29,313 nucleotides of DNA, taken from a virus (taxonomy: Duplodnaviria > Heunggongvirae > Uroviricota > Caudoviricetes). Where the stretch lies: positions 1 through 29,313 of the IMG/VR virus record IMGVR_UViG_3300045988_071311. One strand, given 5' to 3'. The notes beneath the pieces are model-generated. The model was not told the origin of the DNA. It did no database searches and saw nothing but the letters and a program-made list of their open reading frames with translations. Shown piece by piece: positions 8,523 to 17,347 of the stretch. Numbering within the stretch: the first letter of the stretch is position 1; each line of letters opens with the position of its first letter. Both the position numbers and the translations under genes were made by a program.

Positions 8523-9566
8523 TCAGCCTCGTTTGCCCTTAAGTCCTAAGTCATAAGCTTCAAAACGGATCACCTCTTCATCCAGCCAGTCATTCAGCTC
8601 CTGCAGTCGCTTTTGCAATGGCATCAGTTCATTGCGGACGAAGACACGGCTCGCTTTTTCCACATCACCAAAGCCGCCAGTATTGTTGGGAATGATGCCC
8701 ATCATTTGCGGCGGTACGCGGTGAGCCGCCATCATGTCATCGCGGCTGACGTTCTTGATGTTCAGAAATTCATCCTTCGCCGCGACTTCCGACAACGGGA
8801 TAATCTGAATGCCATCTTTTTTGCCGTTAGGCGAGTACATAAACAGGTTGCGAAAGTTGCCGGGTCCTTTAGCACTTTTCATTGCCTTGCGGATGTTGTT
8901 CACATCCTCCTGGTTCTGCGCGGCATCGGTCATATACATGATGAAGCCAGCATGGCTGCCGTTAATGTAATACTTACGACGGAACAACGTGGCGGACTCG
9001 TTGAGCAGAGCTGACGGAATGGCAGAAAGGTAACCCGGCAGACCATAAATCTCCTGGTTGATATCCGGCTCCATCAGGTGGAAGACGTTACCTTTTGTGA
9101 ACTGATACGGCTGTGTAGTCAGGCTGTATTGCACAAACCAGTATGTTTCAAGGTCAAGCCCGCGTCGGGTGTATTTTGCCAGTGCAGGCTCCAGCGAAAT
9201 AACTTCACCAAAGCGGTTCGTGCGTTTCTCCAGGTAGGCGTTACCAAAAACCAGATAGTCCTGCACAAAACGGGTAAATGCCTGCTGGCTGAGAAGGCGA
9301 TGTGGAATATAGGTACTGCTGATAATGTCACGCTTAACACTGATCGGGGAGCTGTGGTGCACGGCGGCGCGGAAGGTGCGCGCCAGTCCGTCAAAGCTGA
9401 CGGGCGGCTCATACCAGCGATCCATCTGTACGCATTCCACATAGTCCAGCAGTTCGCGGCGGTCCAGTACGGGGATGGGATCACCAAAGCTGAAAGCCTC
9501 CGCAACGGTTTTTTTAGTTTCTTCTGCAGTTACGGTTTCGCCTGGCGCGATATGTTCTTTCATCAA
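8523..9566 (-). CDS. Q: Portal protein
   Basis: 347 aa (P2 gpQ about 344 aa), first gene inward from cos, followed by and co-oriented with the large terminase. Confidence 0.85.
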   Translation of the reverse strand: MMKEHIAPGETVTAEETKKTVAEAFSFGDPIPVLDRRELLDYVECVQMDRWYEPPVSFDGLARTFRAAVHHSSPISVKRDIISSTYIPHRLLSQQAFTRFVQDYLVFGNAYLEKRTNRFGEVISLEPALAKYTRRGLDLETYWFVQYSLTTQPYQFTKGNVFHLMEPDINQEIYGLPGYLSAIPSALLNESATLFRRKYYINGSHAGFIMYMTDAAQNQEDVNNIRKAMKSAKGPGNFRNLFMYSPNGKKDGIQIIPLSEVAAKDEFLNIKNVSRDDMMAAHRVPPQMMGIIPNNTGGFGDVEKASRVFVRNELMPLQKRLQELNDWLDEEVIRFEAYDLGLKGKRG

Positions 9567-11329
9567 AAAATCTCCACAATATTGCTGGTATTGGCGGACT
9601 CGCCCTGCAGCGGTTCGTTAAACAGTGCGTGCATTGTTGCCCAGGCCAGATCGGCATGGCTGGCTTCTTCGCTGCGGCTGGCTTCATAGGTCGGGCGGTT
9701 GCCGCTGGCGGTGGTGGCGCGACGGATTGCCATGAATGACTGCGCTATGTCGGTGTGCCCGGCGTCAAACTCCAGACGGCGGTGGCTGATAATGTCGTAG
9801 GCCTTGAGTACCAGGGCGTTTTTAACGTTGGGGTTGTAGACAAACTCCCGGACGGCAGGAAAGAACGCTTTCACGTTCTCGTAAACCCCGTGGCCGACGC
9901 CAGTTGAGTCGATGCCGATGTATGTCACGTTGTACTGTTCGGTCAGTTTTTTGATGGCGTCAGCCTGGGCGCGGAAGTCCATCCCGCGCCACTGGTGACG
10001 CTCAAGAATGCGGAACTTACCGCCCGGCACGGCTGGCGGAGCCACCACCACGCATCCGGCGCTGTCGCCGTTCTGCGTACCTTTTGCCGGGTCATAACCG
10101 ATCCAAACCTCGCGCCAGCCAAACGGGCGCAGCGCCAGTGCATGAAAGTCGGTCCAGACTTCCCAACTGTCCACCATGCACGCCTGCAGCTCGCTGAGCG
10201 GGAACACGGACGCGAGATCGTCCACGAACTCACACATCAGCAGGTTCTGGTATTCGTCCGGGCTGTACTCCATGCGCAACTGGTCGAGATCGAACAGGTT
10301 ACAGCCGCCGCGCACCGCATCTTCCACAGTGACTATCTGGCGGTACTGCCCGTCTGCGCACAGCAGGCCGGGGGCCAGATTGCTGTGGGACAGGTCGATG
10401 TCCACCCTATCGGCTTTGTTGCGCCCTCGGTTGAACAGCGCACCGGACCAGAACGGATAAGCACTGTGTGTCAGGCTGGATGGTGTGGAAAAATAGGTTT
10501 GTCGCCATTTCTTGTGAATCGCCATACCGGAAGCCACTTTGCGCAGCTCCTGGAATTTCGGTATCCAGAAATATTCATCCAGATACAGGTTGCCGTGGTA
10601 ACTCTGGGCCGTGCGGGCATTGGTGCCGAGGAAATACAGTGTGGCCCCGTTGGGAAGCACCATCGGATCGCCTTTCAGCTCCACCTCCACTTCTTTGGCA
10701 AAGTCGATGATGTACTGCTTGAAGACGTGGGCCTGTGCCTTACTGGCAGAAAGGAAAATCTGGTTACGTCCGGTCAGCAGGGCGTCAATCAGGGCTTCAC
10801 GGGCAAAATAGAAGGTCGCGCCGATCTGGCGTGACTTCAGCAGGTTGCGGATGCGGTTGGTTTTTCCGGCTTCCCACCAGTGGCGCTGATAGTTGAACAT
10901 GGAGGAATGGAAGATTTCTTCCAGCTTCTCAATCTGTTCATCGGTGAAAACGTTCTTTTCCGGCTGACGGCGCGGGCCTTTGTTGCGGTTGGCGACGTTA
11001 GGGTTTAAGTCGGCTTCGTTGCCGCCATTGTTAAACTTGCCGATCCGCGCGTGGCGCTCAGACTGGCGCGCCAGCAGGTCAATCTCTTTGAAATCTTTCC
11101 CTTCTTTGTGCTCCTTCATAATGAGCTGGCAGTAGCGTGCGGCGGTGGTGAGCTGCATCTGATCCAGCGGCCCATAGTCACCCCACTTGTCGCGTTTTTT
11201 CCAGCTGTGAACGGTTGCAACTTTCTCGCCCAGCATTTCAGCAATGCGGGCTACGCGGTATCCCTGAAAGTACAGCAGCATGGCCTGCCGACGGGGATCG
11301 AGATCTGCGGGTGTCAGTGTGGTGTTCAT
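9563..11329 (-). CDS. P: Terminase large (ATPase) subunit
   Basis: 588 aa (P2 gpP about 590 aa). N-terminus ...AMLLYFQGYRVARIAEMLGEKVATVHSWKK is typical of P2-family gpP. Overlaps Q by 4 nt. Confidence 0.9.
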   Translation of the reverse strand: MNTTLTPADLDPRRQAMLLYFQGYRVARIAEMLGEKVATVHSWKKRDKWGDYGPLDQMQLTTAARYCQLIMKEHKEGKDFKEIDLLARQSERHARIGKFNNGGNEADLNPNVANRNKGPRRQPEKNVFTDEQIEKLEEIFHSSMFNYQRHWWEAGKTNRIRNLLKSRQIGATFYFAREALIDALLTGRNQIFLSASKAQAHVFKQYIIDFAKEVEVELKGDPMVLPNGATLYFLGTNARTAQSYHGNLYLDEYFWIPKFQELRKVASGMAIHKKWRQTYFSTPSSLTHSAYPFWSGALFNRGRNKADRVDIDLSHSNLAPGLLCADGQYRQIVTVEDAVRGGCNLFDLDQLRMEYSPDEYQNLLMCEFVDDLASVFPLSELQACMVDSWEVWTDFHALALRPFGWREVWIGYDPAKGTQNGDSAGCVVVAPPAVPGGKFRILERHQWRGMDFRAQADAIKKLTEQYNVTYIGIDSTGVGHGVYENVKAFFPAVREFVYNPNVKNALVLKAYDIISHRRLEFDAGHTDIAQSFMAIRRATTASGNRPTYEASRSEEASHADLAWATMHALFNEPLQGESANTSNIVEIF

Positions 11330-11375
11330 GGCACAAACCTACAGCCTTGAATGAAGGCTTTCCCCGCCTGCGGTT

Positions 11376-11393
11376 TGTGTGGTTGTCGGTACA
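11376..11393. promoter_or_regulatory. Ogr-type late promoter activator site (TGT-N12-ACA), probably serving PO
   Basis: tgt gtggttgtcggt aca in the P-O divergent intergenic region; placing this site near -55 puts the start about 30 nt upstream of the O ATG. Confidence 0.6.
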
Positions 11394-11471
11394 AATACCG
11401 CGCATTGTTTCACTGCCCTCATCACCGCAACCATAAGGCTCCAGTAAGTTTTTTCTAACGGAGCACGGCTC

Positions 11472-12305
11472 ATGACAGTGAAAACAAAGCGTTTTCGCAT
11501 CGGGGTGGAAGGTGCCACCACCGACGGACGCGAAATCCAGCGTGAATGGCTGGAACAGATGGCAGCCAGCTACAACCCGGCGGTGTATACCGCGCTGATT
11601 AACCTTGAGCACATCAAGTCTTATCTGCCGGACAGCACCTTTAACCGCTATGGCAAGGTGACGGCGCTGTTTGCTGAAGAAATCACGGAAGGTCCGCTGG
11701 CAGGCAAGATGGCGCTGTATGCCGACGTTGAGCCAACGGAGTCCCTGGTGGAACTGGTGAAAAAAGGCCAGAAATTATTCACCTCTATGGAAGTCAGCCC
11801 GAAGTTCGCTGATACGGGCAAAGCTTACCTGGTCGGCCTGGCTGCCACTGATGACCCTGCCAGTCTGGGTACGGAAATGCTGACATTCAGCGCCAGTGCA
11901 GCCCATAACCCGCTGGCAAACCGCAAGCAGAATCCCGCCAATCTTTTTACCGCTGCAGAGGAAACGGTGATCGAACTGGAAGAAATCCAGGATGACAAAC
12001 CGTCCCTGTTTGCCCGTGTCACGATGCTGTTCACCAAAAAAGAGCAGTCCGATGACGCCCGGTTCTCTGATGTGCATAAGGCCGTGGAACTGGTCGCCAC
12101 TGAGCAGCAGAACCTGAGTGCGCGCACCGAAAAATCCCTGTCTGAGCAGGAAGAACGCCTGTCTGAGCTGGAGACTGCCCTGCAGGCACAGCAGACCGCC
12201 TTTAACGAACTGGTGGACAAGCTGAGCCAAGAAGACAGCCGCCAGGACTACCGCCAGCGTGCAACAGGCGGTAACGCCCCCGCTGACACTCTGACCAATT
12301 GCTGA
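11472..12305 (+). CDS. O: Capsid scaffolding protein
   Basis: 277 aa (P2 gpO 284 aa), SD ggag 8 nt upstream, first gene of the rightward head operon. Confidence 0.85.
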   Translation: MTVKTKRFRIGVEGATTDGREIQREWLEQMAASYNPAVYTALINLEHIKSYLPDSTFNRYGKVTALFAEEITEGPLAGKMALYADVEPTESLVELVKKGQKLFTSMEVSPKFADTGKAYLVGLAATDDPASLGTEMLTFSASAAHNPLANRKQNPANLFTAAEETVIELEEIQDDKPSLFARVTMLFTKKEQSDDARFSDVHKAVELVATEQQNLSARTEKSLSEQEERLSELETALQAQQTAFNELVDKLSQEDSRQDYRQRATGGNAPADTLTNC

Positions 12306-12321
12306 TGGAGCACAAAACCTG

Positions 12322-13380
12322 ATGAAGAAGAATACCCGCTTTGCTTTTAACGCTTACCTGCAGCAACTGGCGCGTCTGAACGGTGTGGCAGTTGAAGAAC
12401 TGTCCAGCAAGTTCACCGTAGAGCCGTCCGTGCAGCAGACGCTGGAAGACCAGATCCAGCAGTCCGCCGCTTTCCTGACGCTGATTAACGTCACGCCTGT
12501 GACTGAGCAGTCCGGCCAGCTGCTGGGGTTGGGAGTTGGCAGCACCATTGCCGGAACCACTGATACCACCGCGAAAGAGCGTGAGCCTGTCGATCCGACG
12601 CTGATGGTCGATGTGGAATATAAATGCGAGCAGACCAACTTTGACACGGTGCTGACCTACGCGAAGCTGGATCTGTGGGCGAAGTTTCAGGATTTCCAGG
12701 TGCGCATCCGTGACGCCATCGTGAAACGTCAGGCACTGGACCGCATCATGATCGGCTTTAACGGCGTGAAGCGTGCGAAAACCTCCAACCGTAGCGAAAA
12801 CCCGCTGCTGCAGGATGTGAACAAAGGCTGGCTGCAGAAAATCCGTGAGGATGCACCGGATCACGTCATGGGCAGCACCACCACGGGCGGTGAAACCACT
12901 CCGGGGGCGGTGAAAGTCGGGAAAGGTGGCGAATATGCCAACCTGGACGCCGTGGTGATGGATGCCGTTAATGAGCTTATCGACGTGGTCTACCAGGACG
13001 ATGACGATCTGGTGGTGATTTGTGGTCGTGAACTGCTGTCTGACAAGTATTTCCCGCTGGTCAACAAAGAGCAGGAAAACAGTGAAAAACTGGCTGCCGA
13101 TATGATCATCAGCCAGAAACGCATGGGTGGCCTGCAGGCCGTGCGTGCGCCATTCTTCCCGCCGAATGCGCTGCTGATCACCCGTCTGGATAACCTGTCC
13201 ATCTACTGGCAGGAAGACACCCGCCGCCGTTCAGTTATCGACAACCCGAAACGTGACCGGATTGAAAACTTTGAATCCGTTAACGAAGCCTATGTGGTTG
13301 AGGACTACCGCTGCGCCGCACTGGTGGAAAACATCCAGATTGGCGACTTCAGCGCCGCCGCAGCAGAAACCGGAGCGTAA
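12322..13380 (+). CDS. N: Major capsid protein
   Basis: 352 aa (P2 gpN 357 aa), position after O. Confidence 0.85.
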   Translation: MKKNTRFAFNAYLQQLARLNGVAVEELSSKFTVEPSVQQTLEDQIQQSAAFLTLINVTPVTEQSGQLLGLGVGSTIAGTTDTTAKEREPVDPTLMVDVEYKCEQTNFDTVLTYAKLDLWAKFQDFQVRIRDAIVKRQALDRIMIGFNGVKRAKTSNRSENPLLQDVNKGWLQKIREDAPDHVMGSTTTGGETTPGAVKVGKGGEYANLDAVVMDAVNELIDVVYQDDDDLVVICGRELLSDKYFPLVNKEQENSEKLAADMIISQKRMGGLQAVRAPFFPPNALLITRLDNLSIYWQEDTRRRSVIDNPKRDRIENFESVNEAYVVEDYRCAALVENIQIGDFSAAAAETGA

Positions 13381-13383
13381 TCC

Positions 13384-14034
13384 ATGAGCCTGAGTCCCGC
13401 ACGGCAGCATCGCCTGCGCGTTCAGGCTGAACAGGCCGCCCGTGAGGGTGGCAGTGTTCGCCACGCGTCGGGCTATGACCTGATGCTGCTGCAACTGGCA
13501 GAAGACCGCCGCCGTCTCAAGGGCGTTCAGTCCACGGTGAAAAAAGCGGAAATCAAGGTGGAGCTGCTGCCGAAATATGCCGCCTGGGCGGAGGGCGTCC
13601 TGGCTGCCGGAGGCGCTCAACAGGATGACGTGCTGATGTACGTGATGCTGTGGCGCATTGATGCCGGAGATTATGCCGGGGCGCTGGAGATCGGGCGTCA
13701 TGCCCTGCGTCATGGCTGGGTGATGCCGCTGGGTAACCGCAACGTGCAGACCGTGCTGGCAGAGGAAATGGCAGACGCCGCGCAGAGCGCAATACTTGCC
13801 GCCACCGGCTTTGATGTCGATCTGTTGATGCAGACGCTGGAGCTGACAGACGGTCTGGATATGCCGGACCAGTCACGGGCGCGTCTGCATAAAGCGATTG
13901 GCGCTGTCCTGAGTGAAAGCAATCCGGCTTCCGCCCTTAATCATCTCAACCATGCGTTACAGCTCGATCCCCGCTGTGGCGTGAAAAAAGACAAACAGCA
14001 GCTGGAGCGCAGACTGCGCAATGACAGCCGCTGA
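13384..14034 (+). CDS. M: Terminase small (endonuclease) subunit
   Basis: 216 aa, position after N as in P2. Confidence 0.8.
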   Translation: MSLSPARQHRLRVQAEQAAREGGSVRHASGYDLMLLQLAEDRRRLKGVQSTVKKAEIKVELLPKYAAWAEGVLAAGGAQQDDVLMYVMLWRIDAGDYAGALEIGRHALRHGWVMPLGNRNVQTVLAEEMADAAQSAILAATGFDVDLLMQTLELTDGLDMPDQSRARLHKAIGAVLSESNPASALNHLNHALQLDPRCGVKKDKQQLERRLRNDSR

Positions 14035-14129
14035 CAGAACGTGCCCCCGCGCACGGGCGGCACGGGGTGGCGAAAGGCACTGCCACATCAAAACCCCGTC
14101 CACCGCCCTCTATTTCAGGAGAAAGCAGC

Positions 14130-14594
14130 ATGAAGTTTGTTGCGCCAGAACAGGCACCGGAACAGGCGGAAATCATCAGAAATACGCCGTTCTGGCCTGA
14201 TGTGGACCTGTCGGAGTTTCGCAGTGTGATGCGCACTGACGGCACGGTGACGCAGCCGCGTTTAAAGCAGGTTGCGCTGTCGGCAATTTCGGAGGTCAAC
14301 GCAGAGCTGTATGAGTTTCGCAGGCGCCAGCAGATGCTGGGGTATGCCTCGCTGGCAGAGGTTCCGGCGGAACAGCTGGACGGCAAAAGTGAGCGCATTC
14401 AGCACTATTTTAACGCGGTTTACTGTTGGGCACGCGCCATGCTCAACGAACGATACCAGGACTATGACGCCACGGCATCCGGTGTGAAGCGAGGCGAGGA
14501 ACTGGCAGAAGCCAGCGGTGATTTGTGGCGTGACGCCCGCTGGGCCATCAGCCGGGTACAGGATGCGCCGCACTGCACAGTGGAGCTTATCTGA
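14130..14594 (+). CDS. L: Head completion/stabilisation protein
   Basis: ORF-track 14067..14594; ATG at 14130 (MKFVAPEQ...) has an SD and aligns with P2 gpL (...AELYEYR...DELWRDMRWA...). Confidence 0.8.
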   Translation: MKFVAPEQAPEQAEIIRNTPFWPDVDLSEFRSVMRTDGTVTQPRLKQVALSAISEVNAELYEFRRRQQMLGYASLAEVPAEQLDGKSERIQHYFNAVYCWARAMLNERYQDYDATASGVKRGEELAEASGDLWRDARWAISRVQDAPHCTVELI

Positions 14595-14797
14595 TGAAAG
14601 TGCGTGCGCATCAGTATGACACGGTGGACGCGCTTTGCTGGCGTCATTACGGGCGCACGCAGGGTGTCACGGAGCAGGTACTGAAGGCAAATCCGGGGCT
14701 TGCCGAATACGGCCCCTTTTTACCTCACGGGCTGCAGGTGGAGCTGCCGGACATTCCGACCACCACCACCGTGCAGACCGTCCAGCTATGGGACTGA
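14594..14797 (+). CDS. X: Tail protein X (LysM-like)
   Basis: 67 aa, identical length to P2 gpX; ...YGRTQGVTEQVLKANPGLAE...LPHG..VELPD fits the gpX pattern. Confidence 0.85.
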   Translation: MKVRAHQYDTVDALCWRHYGRTQGVTEQVLKANPGLAEYGPFLPHGLQVELPDIPTTTTVQTVQLWD

Positions 14798-14800
14798 ATT

Positions 14801-15016
14801 ATGACGCTTGAGCGAATCAGCGCCTTTATCACGTATTGCATCGCCGTCGTGCTGGCCTGGCTGGGCGATTTGTCCATCAAGGATGCCTCAACGCTGGGCG
14901 GCCTGATGATTGGTGTGCTGATGCTGGCTATCAACTGGTACTACAAACACAAAGCCTACCAGCTTCTGCGCGACGGGCAGATCTCGCGGGAGGACTATGA
15001 ATCCATCAATCGTTAA
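14801..15016 (+). CDS. Holin, 2-TMD (pinholin-like)
   Basis: 71 aa with two hydrophobic segments (ISAFITYCIAVVLAWLG, LGGLMIGVLMLAINWYY) and a charged C-terminal tail. Sits immediately upstream of the endolysin. Confidence 0.7.
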   Translation: MTLERISAFITYCIAVVLAWLGDLSIKDASTLGGLMIGVLMLAINWYYKHKAYQLLRDGQISREDYESINR

Positions 15017-15509
15017 ACGCTGCCTTGTCGGGGCCGTGCTGGCTATTGCTGCCACGCTGCCGGGTTTTCAGCAACTTCACACATCCGTGGAGGGGCTGAA
15101 ACTGATTGCCGATTACGAAGGCTGTCGTCTGCAGCCGTATCAGTGCAGCGCAGGTGTCTGGACCGATGGCATTGGTAATACGTCGGGCGTCATTCCCGGC
15201 AAAACTATTACGGAGCGACAGGCAGCGGAAGGGCTGATCTCCAACGTGCTGCGTGTGGAGCGGTCACTGGAAAGGTGTGTGAAGCAACAGCCACCGCAGA
15301 AGGTGTATGACGCGGTGGTGTCATTTGCCTTCAACGTGGGAACGGGCAATGCCTGCAGCTCCACGCTGGTGAAATTGCTCAATCAGCGGCGCTGGGCGGA
15401 TGCGTGCCGACAGTTGCCGCGCTGGGTTTATGTAAAAGGTGTGTTTAATCAGGGGCTGGATAACCGCCGTGCGCGGGAGATGGCCTGGTGTTTACAGGGA
15501 GCAAACTGA
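14997..15509 (+). CDS. SAR endolysin (lysozyme, P1 Lyz type)
   Basis: 170 aa. N-terminal weakly hydrophobic Gly/Ala-rich SAR segment containing Cys (KRCLVGAVLAIAATLPGF). Catalytic region LKLIADYEGCRLQPYQCSAGVWTDGIGNT is nearly the same as P1 Lyz (LELIGNAEGCRRDPYMCPAGVWTDGIGNT). Confidence 0.85.
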   Translation: MNPSIVKRCLVGAVLAIAATLPGFQQLHTSVEGLKLIADYEGCRLQPYQCSAGVWTDGIGNTSGVIPGKTITERQAAEGLISNVLRVERSLERCVKQQPPQKVYDAVVSFAFNVGTGNACSSTLVKLLNQRRWADACRQLPRWVYVKGVFNQGLDNRRAREMAWCLQGAN

Positions 15510-15510
15510 A

Positions 15511-15888
15511 ATGAAAAAGAAATTAATCAGCGGACTGTTTCTGATGTTATGGATGGCGCTGTTAATCGCAGCAATGGTGTATCCGCAGGGGATTTTTCCG
15601 GTACTGGCAGCGTCCGGTGTCTGGGTAGCCTGTCTGCTGACATGGGTGGCAATTCCGGTAGCACTGGCTGCGTTAATTAAGAACGGCCCGCTCTGGCAGG
15701 ATTTGAGGGCATCTTTGCTGAAGACCATTACCCGAAAAGAAAACGTATTTATCAGCTGGGTGATGCGATTGCTGATTGTTGTCAGTCTCGCCTGGACGGG
15801 GGGGACCATTACCCTGGTCCTTTATCTGCTGACCGTTATTGCCTTCTGGATCACCCGTAACCAGATGGCGCAACAGGTAGCAGCATGA
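15511..15888 (+). CDS. lysA: LysA-like membrane protein (lysis timing)
   Basis: ORF-track 15439..15888; ATG at 15511 follows the endolysin stop. Multiple TM segments. Position as P2 lysA. Confidence 0.6.
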   Translation: MKKKLISGLFLMLWMALLIAAMVYPQGIFPVLAASGVWVACLLTWVAIPVALAALIKNGPLWQDLRASLLKTITRKENVFISWVMRLLIVVSLAWTGGTITLVLYLLTVIAFWITRNQMAQQVAA

Positions 15889-16313
15889 ACCGGTTGCTGC
15901 TGGTTGTGCTGGCGTTATTACTGGTGGCGCTGGGCTGGCAGACGTGGCGGCTGGCTGATGCCAGCCGGACCATCAGCACGCAGGCGGACGAGCTGCAGAG
16001 CAAAAGCCAGGCACTGGCAAAGAGCAACAGCCAGCTTATCAGCCTGTCCATTCTGACTGAAACCAATAACCGGGAGCAGGCGCGGCTCTATGCCGAAGCA
16101 GAACAGACCAGCGCACTGCTGAGACAACGACAACGCCGGATTGAGGAACTGAAACGTGAGAACGAGGATTTACGCCACTGGGCTGATACTCCTTTGCCTG
16201 TTGACATTATCCGGCTGCGGGAACGTCCGGCACTCACCGGAGGTGCAGCTTACCGTCAGTGGTTGTCCGCGAGTGACGCCGTGTCGGCTGGAGCAGGCAG
16301 CACCGCGCACTAA
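15885..16313 (+). CDS. lysB: Inner-membrane spanin (Rz-like)
   Basis: 142 aa with N-terminal TM (LLLVVLALLLVALGW) followed by a coiled-coil-like periplasmic domain. Position as P2 lysB. Confidence 0.75.
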   Translation: MNRLLLVVLALLLVALGWQTWRLADASRTISTQADELQSKSQALAKSNSQLISLSILTETNNREQARLYAEAEQTSALLRQRQRRIEELKRENEDLRHWADTPLPVDIIRLRERPALTGGAAYRQWLSASDAVSAGAGSTAH

Positions 16314-16446
16314 CGGTGATCTGAATGCGTTGCTGGATGAAACGGAGGCCGCCTGGGCGGTCTGTGCAGACAAAGTGGACATGATTATTGCGTGTCAGGA
16401 GCGAAACAGTGAACAAACCACAATCCCTGCGCCACGCCCTCAATAA
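16156..16446 (+). CDS. lysC: Outer-membrane lipoprotein spanin (Rz1-like)
   Basis: GTG start inside lysB in a different frame. Lipoprotein signal with lipobox LLTLSGC. Overlapped arrangement typical of P2 lysB/lysC. Confidence 0.7.
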   Translation: MRTRIYATGLILLCLLTLSGCGNVRHSPEVQLTVSGCPRVTPCRLEQAAPRTNGDLNALLDETEAAWAVCADKVDMIIACQERNSEQTTIPAPRPQ

Positions 16447-16840
16447 AGCGGTGCCTTATGTCCGCAATAACCCGGACAAACTGCATCTGTTTGTGGATAA
16501 CGGTTCGCTGGTTGCCACGGGGGCCAGCTCCATGTCATGGGAGTACCGCTACACCCTGAACGTGGTGATTGAGGATTTCAGCGGCGACCAGAATCTGCTG
16601 ATGGCCCCGGTTTTGCTGTGGCTGCGTGATAACCAGCCCGATGCCATCAATAACCCGGCGTTACGGGAAAAGCTATTCACCTTTGAGGTGGATATTCTGC
16701 GCAACGATGTCTGTGATATCAGCCTCAACCTGCAACTGACGGAGCGTGTGCTGGTCAGCACTGACGGCAGTGTGTCGAGCGTTGAGGCTGTAGCAGAACC
16801 CGATGAACCTGAAGAAATGTGGACGGTGAAACGTGGCTGA
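16409..16840 (+). CDS. R: Tail completion protein R
   Basis: ORF-track 16388 (TTG); GTG at 16409 has SD aggag 7 nt upstream. ...NPDKLHLFVDNGS...RYTLNVVIEDFSGD...LLWLRDNQPD aligns with P2 gpR. Confidence 0.8.
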   Translation: MNKPQSLRHALNKAVPYVRNNPDKLHLFVDNGSLVATGASSMSWEYRYTLNVVIEDFSGDQNLLMAPVLLWLRDNQPDAINNPALREKLFTFEVDILRNDVCDISLNLQLTERVLVSTDGSVSSVEAVAEPDEPEEMWTVKRG

Positions 16841-17279
16841 ACTGCAGAAGGTGGACGACTGGCTGAGTGCCTTGCTGGCGAATCTGGAGCCAGCCGCAAG
16901 AAGCCGCATGATGCGTCAGCTGGCGCAGGAACTGCGCCGGACACAGCAGCAGAATATCAGGATGCAGCGCAACCCTGACGGCAGCAGCTATGAACCTCGA
17001 CGGGTAACAGCACGCAGTAAAAAGGGGCGCATCAAACGTCAGATGTTTGCAAAGCTGCGTACCACAAAATACCTGAGAACTGCCGCCAGCGCCGATTCTG
17101 CCAGCGTACAGTTTGAAGGTAAGGTGCAGCGTATTGCCCGTGTTCATCACTACGGCCTGCGCGATCGCGTCAGTCGCAAAGGACCGGAGGTCCGCTATGC
17201 AGAGCGCCGCCTGCTGGGTGTAAATGATGATGTTGAGGCAATGACCCGCGACATGATTCTGCAATGGCTGGCGGGATGA
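16833..17279 (+). CDS. S: Tail completion protein S
   Basis: 148 aa (P2 gpS 150 aa), GTG start overlapping the R stop. Confidence 0.8.
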   Translation: MAELQKVDDWLSALLANLEPAARSRMMRQLAQELRRTQQQNIRMQRNPDGSSYEPRRVTARSKKGRIKRQMFAKLRTTKYLRTAASADSASVQFEGKVQRIARVHHYGLRDRVSRKGPEVRYAERRLLGVNDDVEAMTRDMILQWLAG

Positions 17280-17283
17280 TCTT

Positions 17284-17301
17284 TGTATCAGCACTGATAC
17301 A
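17284..17301. promoter_or_regulatory. Ogr-type late promoter site for PV, perfect 18-bp palindrome
   Basis: TGTATCAGCACTGATACA is TGT-N12-ACA and fully palindromic, about 45 bp upstream of the V start codon. Confidence 0.7.
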
Positions 17302-17347
17302 AGTTGCAGCACTGCCGCCTTTCTTCCCCTGATGGCAACCTTTCCCT

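Noticed and set aside
9995-10834. 279-aa plus-strand ORF and several others (9943..10233, 10176..10460, 10468..10710, 10611..10811) inside terminase gene P
   Set aside because: Antisense or alternate-frame ORFs within a well-supported, GC-rich structural gene; typical artefacts.
12202-12864. 220-aa minus-strand ORF spanning the O/N junction (also 11775..12230 and 11825..12220)
   Set aside because: Antisense to the scaffold and capsid genes; would have to cross an intergenic region and has no RBS.
16755-17312. 185-aa minus-strand ORF over gene S; similar ORFs over V, I, FII, E, U and D (17170..17595, 19194..19781, 23223..23699, 23804..24259, 27574..28173, 27732..28385)
   Set aside because: All antisense to colinear late genes with P2 homology; no independent support.
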